A DNA stretch of 64,000 nucleotides, from positions 1,736,001 through 1,800,000 of the forward strand of contig NW_026250405.1 in assembly GCF_024521635.1 (NCBI RefSeq). The letters run 5' to 3'. Numbering within the stretch: position 1 is the stretch's first letter; each line of letters begins with the position of its first letter. This document shows positions 1 to 11,800 of the stretch, one piece after another. The notes beneath the pieces are model-generated. The model was not told the origin of the DNA. It made no database searches and saw only the letters and a program-made list of their open reading frames with translations. The DNA comes from Tricharina praecox. Lineage: Eukaryota. The position numbers were made by a program, and so were the translations under genes.

Positions 1-838
1 TTAGGCAGAGGTCGCATCGCCCTTCAAGCCCGTTTCTATAAACGAGTCTACATTCCTAGATAATACGATCTCCCCCCCTTCCACTTGGTACATGCTGTCA
101 ATAGTGGGACGCCCCAGCTTGCGTGACTTTGTCTGTCTCATTTTGTGCCGGTTTACGTCGGGGAAGGCGTGAGGTATTGAAGCTGTGCGGACTCTGTTTC
201 TTCTCAAGTCCGCGTCCCTTCTTTATTGGTTGTCCATTTCTTTGGTCTCTTTCCGCTTCTAGAAGGCCGTTGTAGTGTGTACTTAGTTGTTTATTTCTCA
301 TTATGTTTACTTGCAAGAACGAGTATGTATCTAGTAGTACTACGTTATCACTCCACATCGCGAAACAAGTCCGTATCCAGGATATTTGGTGATTTGTTTC
401 AGAGCTTCTCGGCGAGTGTGCCACCAGCCTGCCCAAACACTCCATTGGCTATACACGCCTCGGCCCTCTCACCGGTCGGGGCGCAGCGATATTCACTGGT
501 CGGGGGCGCAGCGATATTCACAGGCTGACGGACTGCAAGGATGGTGCTTCGAGGTATGTAGGTATCCACGTATGCAGTTACGTGACACAAGTATACTGTA
601 CTCTATGCATGATAATAGTGACACGGACTAGTCATCACCCCGTAGTCTGCAGGTAATACCTGCCTATCTAGTAACAACTTCAATCTTCAGTCCAGCCGCC
701 TCTTCCCACGTTCCATCGCACACGCCCGTCGCCCCGAGTCGACGTCCTACCTAGTACACCCAGACCCGCAGCCACTCCACCCGACGGACTTTTCAATCAA
801 CACCGCATCCACTGAGCATCCCCAGTGATAACGAGACG

Positions 839-2288
839 ATGAGTTCGGCCGGATGCCCCGCTACTGTGCGCAAAGCCGTGTGGTCAGCAGAATCTGTGAA
901 GGCCATACTGGAGGCGGCGGAATTTAGACGGGGCGGTGGTGGTTTGGAGCACTCGGAGAAGCCACGGCAGCCCGGGGAGTGGGTGCCCGAAGCACTGGTT
1001 GCGAGTACGCAGTGGACACCGATGCCGGCGGAGACGCGCTCCAAGGGGTTGGCTGGGAGGTGGACGGACGAATCGACGACGGACAAGGTGCCAGAATCGG
1101 GGCTTGCCGTACAGGGCGGCGATATCGGCCGGGAGCAAAGAGTCTATCGATGCGCCGACTGCGACAGAGGCTTTCGGGACAACACCACACTGGTCGTTGG
1201 TGCCGCCGGGCACCGCGCACCCCGAACGACCGAGGCGCAGACGACCGCCACCACTGCCGCCGACTTCGATATCCTCGAGGAAGTCATGCATGGTGGGGGT
1301 GACCTGATCGTCGAGACAGCAACCGAAGATGGCAAGAAGCTTGGATACCGCGTGGGATCCCAGATACTTTGCGCAGCATCACCGGTCTTTCGCGCGATGC
1401 TAGGGTGTGGGACGTTGCCTGAGGAGGCCGTTAATGTCCGACAGCCTGCGGCTATCGGCGAACTCCTACCAGCCGTAATCAAGTTGGAGGGCGACGTCGA
1501 GGCACTTGGACGGGTGTTGAGGGTGCTGCACTACCGCTACGACCTGACAAACGAGGATATCAGCTTCACGCAGTTTGTCAAAATCGCCGAGATCTGTCAT
1601 AGGTACGAACTGCGTGGGCCGTTACAGCCATTGGCGGATAGCCTTACGGAGTCGCCGGACCTACAGCACAATGTGGGGGAAATCGGATATGAGGATTGTG
1701 TACTGGTCTCTTATGTGTTCGGATACGAAGAGCTCTTTGCAAATTCCACTGTGCACGATGTGATTATGCGGCGGTCCAACGAAGGATTGCTTTCTGATCA
1801 GAACCGACGACTCTCTGCCAGTACCCCTTCCGGTGTAATTGGTGAGATCTAGTTCGCCAGCAGCCAATCCCTGAGAGCAGAAGTTCGCTGACGTGACCGG
1901 AATAGAACAATTAAAGTTTGAGCTTCATGCCCGGTTGAATGCCCCCTAGACGCACATTAAAGCTCTCAAAACCGCATGGAGTAACCAGAGCTTAGTTATA
2001 TGTAAGGAGGCTTCGGACAACATGCAGTGTCAAGCGCTCGGGCTGGGGAACCTCACAACGACAATCACCAAATTGAAACTTAACAAAATGGAATTCTGGC
2101 AAGGCGACTTGTACGGTATCATCTCTTCCCTCAGGGGCATTAACCCTCTTTCCCTAGGCTCGCATGGAGGATGCGACTGGGTCCCAGCATTTCATAAACA
2201 AGTAATGAGAACCTATGACAGCATTGAGGGATTGAATTTATCAGAGTTTGCTCATTCGGGGTATCGGACTCCGACACTTGGCTGGTAA
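839..2288 (+). pseudogene. C2H2-ZF/BTB-POZ family copy 1, with a premature stop in exon 2
   Basis: Exon 1 is 839-1841. It has a degenerate finger (YRCADCDRGF..., first His lost) and a BTB-like core (GGDLIVET...YRVGSQILCAASPVFRAML...LRVLHY...RYEL). The intron is 1842-1905 (GTGAGA..GCTGAC..AATAG). Exon 2 carries an in-frame TAG at 1947-1949, then reads in frame into ORF 2022-2288, which aligns with copy 2. Confidence 0.75.
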
Positions 2289-2728
2289 GTTCAACCACTA
2301 TATCAACTGTGCTATCCTTTTGGCGGTCAAGATTAGGCGTACATACTAATATCAGTGCAGAGACTTTGCACCGTGATTCATCGAGCCGCACTCATAGGGG
2401 ACTGAACCAACCTTCCCGATTCATTTCTATCATGTCTCAACTTTGTGTGTTGTGATGACCTCCACTCCGCTTAACTATGTACCTAATGTATGTTTCTTTC
2501 GTGTCGTGTTTTTATTGAGTTCCGGTCCGGGAAATCATTAGTTGCCACCGTAATCTGTGATGGAGAGAGCATCTGCCCGCTCTCTCGAGTCTCATCATCC
2601 ATCCTCTACAAAATAGATACTTCGGTGGAGAATAAACCCTCACTTTTTCTCTCCGATTCGGTGATTTCTCTGTGCGTGCTCTCCTTTCAATCCCGCCGCC
2701 GCCGGCGGCCGACCTGGAGGGGTGTTGG

Positions 2729-2777
2729 CAAACGAGCCGTCTGCAAACGAGCCGTCTGCAAGCGAGCCGTCTGCAAA
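2729..2777. repeat. 15-bp tandem repeat (~3 copies)
   Basis: GCAAACGAGCCGTCT repeated about three times. Confidence 0.85.
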
Positions 2778-3414
2778 TGCAGTGACGGTATTGCGAGTAG
2801 ATAGTATATGGTTGCTTGGCCACCAGAATAGTTACATTAAAGTCGGCTCAAGCTAACTCGGCTGGTGGGCTGGTGGGCCCCAGCTCCTCCGGCCGGGGGG
2901 TAATTAAGTTGTATGTTAGATTCTGGCCCGGGCGTGGGCTCGAAGGGCAGAACTATATTTGCTACATACGATCATCTGCCCGGGGTTTTACATTCGCGTT
3001 CAACTAATCAAGTTATGTGAGTATGTAAATAGGTAACTATTAGGCTGATGGTGAATGTTTCTTCTCTTCTCGTCTCTCCTCCTCAGACTGTACATTTCTT
3101 CGTTCTTTGCGTTCTTTATGGCTACTATAATTGTTTTGTTTTCGCTTGGGCTTGCTTGCTAGAACGAGTACATTATCACTCGTCAATACCCCGTACATAC
3201 CCGCGCGAGTGAGTTGAGCCGATACTTAGCCTACTACCTACCCACAAATACGCGTATATTCTTCCAGAGTGTCCCAAAGCCACAAGGGGTGGGTCCAACT
3301 ATCATGCGTGATTTAACGGCCACCTGTGACGTTGCCAGAAACAGACAAATCCCCTGGGTAGGCTCTAGAGTTCAGCCTGCCACTTCAGACACGAAACGGA
3401 TCATAGAGGCAGAA

Positions 3415-4844
3415 ATGACGTCTGCAGCGAATTGGAAGGTTGAGACCGGACCGAATAAGAAAAAGAAGAGCAAAGAGGCCGCGAGGAATGCAGCGCAGAT
3501 GTGGGTCGGTGGTAGGATACGGGATTCCTCGCTACCCGAGTCCGAGCCGGTACGAGAAGCACCGGTGGAGAACACAGGATTGGCGCCGCTGCCGGGGAGC
3601 ACCCGTCGTGAGACGGCGGTCGTCGGAAAGCGGATAGAAGTATCGACGGCAGATTGGACTCTGGGCTTGTCTATTCAACAGGACGTCGATACCTGGGACG
3701 AGAGAATCTATCGGTGCAGCCACTGCGATAGACCCTTTCGAAATCAACCCAGGCTGGAAATGCACAATCGTGCCCATCACGACGGTGCCGTACAGATCGA
3801 AACGGACAAAACTCTGCAGCCGGCCACCAATACTGCTGACTACAAAATCGAAGAAATTGTGGTTGGTGGAGGCGATCTGATTCTCGAAACGACGCGTAAG
3901 AATGGAAAGAAGATGGGATATCTCGTGGGGTCGCCGGTACTTGGCTCTTCGTCGAGGGTCTTCCATACGATGCTAGGACGCGCTTCGTCCTTCAAGGAAG
4001 CCATCGATGTGCGAGGTGCGGCTATCCTCGGATCCCAGCCCGTGGTCATGCAAGTGGAAGACGACTCCGAGACACTTGGGCGGGTGTTGAAGGTGCTGCA
4101 CCATCGATATGAATTGTCGAAGGAGGACATCAGTTTCGAGGACTTTGTACGAATTGCCGAGATCTGTCTCAGATACGAACTGCGCGTCCCATTACAAGCA
4201 CTTGCAGATGGCCTTAAGGAGTCACTGGATCTGGAAAATATTGTGACAGTAGAATCCGGGTATGAGGACTGCGTGCTGATCGCAAATGTGTTTGGATACG
4301 AAAGGCTCTTCACGGTTGCTACAAAGGAGGCGATGATGTGGTCAACGAAGGGATCGTGTTTTGAGCAGAACCAAGGGCTCTCTACCTGCACACCTTGCAG
4401 CATCACCGATGAGATCTCGCCAGCTAGGGACCCCCAGAGTCGCCATCCACTAACCCGTGGATAGAAAGGTTGGAGCAGAAGCGTGCTGGCCTGGTGAACA
4501 CCCTTCGGATGCACATCCAGACAATCCAAACGGAATGGAGTGATACCCCACCCAAACAGTGTGCACAGACGCAAAATAACATGCAATGTGTAGCTCTCGA
4601 GCTTAGGCAATTCACGATGTTCATCGCAAGGTACCGGCTTAACAAATCGGCAGCTTGGGAAGGACCTCTGGGTGAAATCTCAACGAGCCTTGGAAAAATC
4701 CCGCTGCTTTCCCTAGATTCCCATTTTACATGCGACTGTGTCCTGGCACTTCATAATCTTATAAGTTGTACAAAGATGAGTATCCGGGATCTGGAGAGTA
4801 TCCAGGGTCTGGAGCTATCAGAGTTTCCCTCCCAGGGAAACTGA
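3415..4844 (+). pseudogene. C2H2-ZF/BTB-POZ family copy 2, intron donor changed from GT to AT
   Basis: Likely ATG at 3415. The C2H2 finger is intact (YRCSHCDRPFRNQPRLEMHNRAHH) and a BTB core follows. The intron at the homologous position (4409-4464) starts ATGAGA, versus GTGAGA in copy 1, and keeps the CTAAC branch and TAG acceptor. Exon 2 is 4465-4844 and ends GLELSEFPSQGN. Confidence 0.72.
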
Positions 4845-5649
4845 CGGTTTACTAGTAAGTATCACCACCATCTTCAATCGTACCTAGCACATGCCACACC
4901 ACAATAGCTCGCACTTCACAAAATATGAAGCTAATATCAGTACAGCTATTTTCTGCCATGTGACCTCAAGATTGGGCAGTAGACTACCTTCTTCTTACTG
5001 ATGTCTATCGTATCCAAGCAAACGGTTCTCATCTTTTCATTTCGATTATTATTTTCTTTGGCCTCTATCTCTTCCTATGTAGCCATTTATGATCTTTTTC
5101 ACACTTTAATTTTTCGGCGAACCGAGTACCTATGAGTAAGGGTTCCAGTCGACCTCGTACAATAAACCGTTCAGAGTTCCACCTAATGGACACTTCTAGC
5201 TGGAAATCTAGCTATGCAGGTCGCACACGATTAACGATTGGCAAAAAAGAAAATAAAAAACCTCCAGCCAGCTTAACCCTATGGCATCCAGTATTCTCAT
5301 CCTTCAGACGTCATCTGTGGCATCTCTCGTAGCTCCCCATCTAATCCACCAGCCAGTCCCATCTTATCGGATCTTTCCATCTCCCCGTGCCACTTGATGG
5401 CAGACAACAGTTGCCCTAAGTGATAGATACTTTGTATGTTGCTTAGCGCCACACTCACCCGCAGCCCTTGAATGCTGAAAACGCTAGCCCTCAGAGCCCT
5501 CGGAGCCCTCGGAGCCCTCGGAGCCCACAAAACCCTCAACCCGCAGTCCACACGCTCACCATCTCTTGCAAATAATCATCACTTACCTATTACACCAAAG
5601 ACGAAAAACAACCTTTACAACCATCAACAGTCGACAGCCACAAACCACG

Positions 5650-6125
5650 ATGAACAACAACGATAACCCCCCCATTAGCCACGCCGCCGACGGCAATAGC
5701 TCCAACGACAAGCTTACTCCCGACGGCAAGATCACGAACGACAAGCTTACTCCCGAGGAGAAGATATTACAGATGCAGGTATGGCTTCAACCCCTTTGTT
5801 AGTATTACCGAAGTCTAACTCCCCAAAGCCGACCCTTGAGGCGCTGACAGCGCGCCGCCGCGAGGTTGCGAATGAGATGTGCCGGAGGGACGTCGAGCTT
5901 TCTGTCATCGAGAAGGCTCTCAATGTGAAGCTGCAGGAGCCGGATGCCAAGGAAGAGGATATACAGGCCTTGGTCAACGAGATTTCAATCAAGACGGAGG
6001 AATTCGACGAAACGATGGCCGAGTCCACTCGCGTCGGAGCCAAGGTCGAACGTATCAAGCTCGATATGTACAAGCTGGTTGTGGAGGCGGAGAAATTGGA
6101 CAAGGAAAAGGCGGGAGAGGCTTAG
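5650..6125 (+). CDS. Small hypothetical coiled-coil protein (2 exons, ~142 aa)
   Basis: ATG at 5650. Intron 5779-5828 (GTATGG..CTAAC..AAG) joins ORFs 5566-5802 and 5781-6125 in frame. The product is E/K-rich and helical. Confidence 0.6.
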
Positions 6126-7329
6126 CTGAGAGTCTGGTGCTGCCTCACAGTGTGTCCCCTGGACTGGTTACATGATACCTAGGCCAGCTATTGACAACAC
6201 TTCCGAATACCAGTGTCCTTCATTCCTAGAAGTCCCTACTGCGTGAATAGATTGTGTAAACTATCTATAATCAGGAAGAGAATACAAAAGAAATCCCACA
6301 CCCAATACCCTTCCACGACGGTCCTACTTCGCCAATACCATGCCCTCAAGCCTACGCCCCTCTTTCCGTGCCGCATCTCTCCCCCACCACCGCCGCAATC
6401 CTAGCAGCTCCCAGCTCCAGCTCTAGCTCACTTGTATTCCGGACGTTTTCCGCATTCGCTTTCCGCTCATCGATTCGGGAATCTAGCTCGAATTTCCGAT
6501 AATAGACAAACTTCTCGAGTTGGCATTTCTGCCAGTCCCAAAACTTGCTCATGCCCGCCGGCTCCGCCCACACTCCGTCGACCTTACTGACAAAGCGGGT
6601 CTTCAGCTCGTCCTGCTTCGCTGCTGCCGCCCCCTGATATCTCTCCCGGACTGCCAGCGCTGCCAGGGCAATCTAAACTCCATCACACCCTGAACCTCTC
6701 AGGGATTCTCCCAAGCAAGCCTCCCAATACATGAGCGGAAGAGAATCTCTGAACAATCCTGAGCGGGTATTACAGCGAACGTAGTAATCGTCCGAATCTC
6801 ACCGGCGGTTTTGGTGTCCTAAAGGTGTGTGTAGCGCGTATTTCGTGGTATCCAGTGAGAAGGGAGGTGAGAGGAGAGGGATCATCAGTCATATTTCGCA
6901 TACAGACTGTCTTGACTGCGGTGAAGTGTCCTGTGGGATGAATCTCCAAGGGTTCTATCCGCAACAGAAACCGAGTGATGTTTTGGGGTATGGAAGGCAC
7001 AACACCATGAGCTCTGGTCAGAGCGCCACGGGATCAACACGGTATACCTATATTACCACGCAGAAAGAAACTTTCTTTGTTGTATAAAGCTTGATTTGGG
7101 GGAGATATTCGGTGCGCGGGAGTCTGAAATGTACGTTTTGGTGTATTAGACGTCAGTGCTCCTCGATTTTCAACGAATCGAAACCGGATAAAGGGCGAAA
7201 TTCAAGCGGACTCCTTGAGAAAGTCTCCCTTTTAAAGAAACTTAGTTATGGGATTAATCTTTGGAGTTGCAACGTAAGGCGGTTGAGAAATCACATTCTA
7301 GTTGAGCCGTCTTCCGCCGGCGGTAGCTG

Positions 7330-7870
7330 CTTCGTTAATCGCCTTACTAAAGAACAACCGATTGCAGCATTGCTGTTTCGCCATACTCGCGCTTACTCAC
7401 GAGCCACGACCTCCGATGCTTGATCATCCGAAGCCACTCACTATTTCTCGCAAGACAGCCGATTGAAGCACTGCTAAATCATCCTATTGCGCCCTGTTCT
7501 CAACTACCGACGGCCGATCTTTCGAGGACTCTCATCATGACTCAAAGAACAGCCGATTTTCCAGCAGCTATATCGCCATATTCAACCATACTTTCCACAT
7601 CGAGCGACTCTTGGGTCTCTGCCGGGGCCAGGGAAGGACTGCAGAGAGGACGCGGGAATCAGTGCATACTATCACGGTCTAGTAGCTACTGGGTCGCATG
7701 TAATCAACGATTAAACAAACAAACAATTAGTCGGTCGTTTTCTGAGCTCAGCCGCCGAACGGGTTAGATGGGTGCACTGCTGCGTTGCCCAATTAGTGCA
7801 ACCCTTGATATCCAGCGCCTGATCGTTTGAGGACTCTCGTTATGGCTCGTAGAACAGTCGATTAGATAGG
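7330..7870 (-). pseudogene. Decayed ankyrin-repeat gene relic
   Basis: A motif recurs at 7351, 7452, 7546 and 7851, a spacing of about 100 nt. The minus strand reads EYGETAMLQSVV, AVLQSAV and EYGDIAAGKSAV, resembling fungal GGEYGTALQAA ankyrin repeats. The frame is broken by stops and frameshifts. Confidence 0.4.
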
Positions 7871-8825
7871 TAGGTGTATGTACCACTGCCGGCTGCAGGG
7901 CCATAGTTCCTCAGCCCTCTTGTCGATTCTCGGCCTCGGATCTTTCTCGGAAATCTCAACCCAGCTGCCCAATGGCAGTGGACTGCTGCTCCACTACATG
8001 GCAACCCTAAATCGGAGGCCTACTTTCCTTATTAAGTCACTTCAAGGTAATGTCTCAGTTCTATTTTTCTGGAGCTTTGCGCACTGATGATTGCCCGAAC
8101 GGGAAGTAAACCAAATAGAAATAGATAGAGAATTGTAGAATTATCTTTCAAGCAGAGTCAAGTCTCAAGATGCCAAATGTAAAAAGTCCACCGTCACATA
8201 TCGCAATGGAACCATTAGATACCTCTTAAGTGAGACATTACTATAGTAGTTTCGCATCCCCGCCAGTGTTTAGTATAATAATAGTATGCGATATGTACGT
8301 TTCGCGGCCCTACCAATATTACTCTATATATACTCAAATAAAAGTAAACATGTACTTGATTACAATGTACTTTCATAATGTATCTATTGGTCGCGGAAAA
8401 GAATTCGTGCATGGAAGGCGTGGGGCATTGGACAACGTAGCGCCACATGTCACTCCCCTTCCTATGTATCGAACGTGCCCATACCAATCAATGGAGGTCC
8501 AGCCACTGCCACCGTGCAAGGGTTCGTATGCAGTAACGTCAAGTACGCATGTGCTCACTGAGACCCATTCCTATGATGTGTCGCTCTGGCAACCAACCAA
8601 TAGAGCCGCAACCAATGTCGCGAACTGAATGAGCCATCTATAGTCGGCACATACTCTAAAGCATTACTTACCCCACTTTTCGACTCCACATTTACGTATC
8701 AGCACTGCGAGTCCGTCACTAGGGAATCCGCGATCTCACAAGCTATCTACTGTAAAGTATATTTCGACATTCCAGACTTCCCCGGCGCAACAGATTACCC
8801 ACAGATCCCTGATCATCTCAAGAAG

Positions 8826-11800
8826 ATGTCTCACGCCCAGCCCAGGAAACGAGATCGAGTGCGCGCTTTCATCAGACGATCAAAATCACGAAACGAGAAG
8901 GCGGAACAGCATGCGATAGCAGATACCAGCCCGTCGGCGACGCCCCCTTCGACGGCGAATGCGTCCGTCACCCCAAGTCTGCTCGGTGGGGTGGTTGCTC
9001 CAAACACACCGACCACATCGCTATCGGCCGGAGCACCCTCGTCGTTGACGCAGCAATTTACACCATTAACGGAGTCCTCGGTAGCAGAAGTCCAATCGCG
9101 AGGCACAGTCACGCCTACGAACATCGAAGCAACCCCAACACTTCCGCCTGCACCGCTATCTGCAACGGCGACGACGAAGAACGAGGGGCACGTCCAGACT
9201 AGAAGGGAAGGGGACCCAATTCCGGCGGTTACTAGCAACCGGGATGGCGCTCCATCGCTGTGGAGCCGGGCGTTCTGCGGCAGCGAGCTATCCTCGCAGG
9301 ACCTGTCGGATGAGGAGCGCGCAATGCTGGCAGGTGTCGGTATCAAGACGGAGACACCGCTCCAAATTGCGACTACCTTGAAGGCCATGACGGAGGGAAT
9401 TTTAGATGGAAAAAAAGGAAAGGATTGGAAGATCCAGGTCGGCGGAGAAGAAATCGTGATGAGAGATATCGGGATAAAAGTCCTGCTATGGGTGGACAGG
9501 TTCAAAGAGATCGGCGACATTATCGTTCAATACGATCCGGGACATGCTGCACTGCCGTGGGCGGGGTTTCGATTTCTACTGAAGGTTCACTGACTTAGCT
9601 ACCCACCAGTTGAAGCAAACAACTAGCTAACGATGGTTATCACAGCTCTGCTTAGATAAACAGGAAACGGCGGAAGCGATCTTGGTTGGACTTGAGAAGA
9701 CCGCCTGCATCATTGACCGGTGCGCAATCTATGAGTTTCTTTATCTCGATGAAGCAACGGCGGGGTCGGTAAACCTAGAGAAATCAATGCTCCGACTCTA
9801 CACCGCAATCTTAAAGTTCCTTGCCAAAGCGATCAAGAGATCGAAAGGTGAATATCCTTACCGGTCATTCACTATTAATGTTGCCACTAATCATTTTATC
9901 ACCGCAGATAGCCATATCAAGGCAGTATTCACAACCGGAGAGACTTCCAACTATCTGAACGAAGTCAAGGACTTGGAAGAAACGGTTGAACGAGATGCCG
10001 CTGTCGCCGAAACTCAATGTATGCTTTCTGGCCATGCTGTGAAAAGTAGACAATATTGACGTTGATACGATACAGCTAAGCGGCTAGAGTCCGAGAACCT
10101 TCGAGCGCTGCTGGGCGATATCAACATAACGACCTCACGCCTTGGCCTTCAAATTTATGCCATACAAGAAAAAATAGAAGGTAAAATTGTTCACGTTATT
10201 CTTTCCGAAGTGGATCCACTTACACTGTGAATAGGTTCCAGGAGGTCCGAAATCTTGGGATGGGTGTCCACGATTCCCTACCTGGACCATCACAACCTGA
10301 TCACGAATGCGCGTGTAGAGGGTACCGGCGATTGGCTCTTTCGCAAGAGGGAATACTCTGATTGGAGATCATCCAGCGTTTCGAAGCTGTTGCTATTGCG
10401 GGGAATCCGTGAGTCTACCTCCTTTGATGCTGTGCCTAGTTCCCGTCTGAGCGGTCCATCTAGCTGGAGCCGGCAAGACGTATATTGCATCAAGAGTCAT
10501 CGATTCTTTCCGGGATTCGACGCCTGAGAGGCTTGCGTACTTCTACTGCAATCGGGCTGAGGAGAACCGCCGGCATCCGGAAAGCATCCTAAACACGCTA
10601 GTTCAGCAGCTTACCCAGACTTTTGAAGACAACACACTCCTAAAGCCGGTCGTCGATCTTTATGAAGACCGTACGAAAAAAGGCCAAACATCTTCGCGGC
10701 TGTGTCTAAGCGAAAGCCAGGAGCTCCTCGTTCAACTCACGGATATATATCCTCGGACGACTATTTGCATCGATGCATTAGACGAAGTCGAAAAAGGAGT
10801 CCGCCTCCACCTATTGAAGGCGCTGAGGTATGTGGTTGAACGATCAAAGAATTTAGTCAAGATTTTCGCAACTACCAGGATGGACCCAGACATCGTCCGT
10901 CAATTTGAGATGTTTCCCAGGATCGAATTGCAACCCGATGACAATGCCAGCGACATTAACCAGTTCGTAGAAACGAAGCTCCAGGAGACCATCAAGTATG
11001 GACTGCTACTTGGGGGGGAAGTTGACCAGGAGTTCAAAAAAGAAATATGCGAGGCCCTTTGCGAGCGATCCAAGGGAATGTAAGTTTTGCCATGGTCAGT
11101 TCAATTACTGAAGAACCGAGCACCTGACGACTGAATTTAGGTTCCAACTAGCTGCACTCCATATCACCTCCCTCTGTGATATGTCCACTCACAAGGATGT
11201 AAGATGCAGTCTCAAAGCCCTTCCGAAAACCCTGAAAGATGCCTATACCGAAATATACAGCCGCATTCTGGCCCAGGATGGCAGCGCTCCTCGGCTGGCG
11301 ATCAATGCCTTTCGGTGGATTCAATCTTCGTACGAACCGATGGGATCAGAATCCCTACTGGATGCGATTACGGCGGAAGTCAGCAGCTCGGGTGAATTTT
11401 CCCATGATACGGTGCATGCGAGTGTCCTACTGAAAGCCTGCCATAACCTCATCATCTTAGACGAAGGCCTGAACGTTTTCCGGTTTGCACATCTTTCCGT
11501 GGACGAATACCTGGAGACCCAGCTACACAAGGCCGACTGTCATGCCGAACTCGGGAAAGTCTGCCTTTCACTGCTATGCACTTCGGGTGTTTGGCAGGAT
11601 TATGACACCGCTGTGGGCACGACACTGGGCGACAGCCGTCGTCACCTATTGCTGTACTCGGCGATATTTTGGCCATGGCATTACTCTCGTAGCGAAGACG
11701 GCTGTCAGATCTTGACTAGCCTCTGGAATACATTCGTATCTAATGACAACTACAAGCGATGGCACGACTACCACCATAGCTGTGTCCGACTACCGTATCG

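Noticed and set aside
1..207. Possible fifth BTB-family fragment at the left edge (GGEIVLSRNVDSFIET)
   Set aside because: The resemblance to GGDLFIET is weak and the ORF is cut by the window edge.
474..521. 24-bp direct duplication GGTCGGGGGCGCAGCGATATTCAC
   Set aside because: Only two copies with no associated structure; likely replication slippage.
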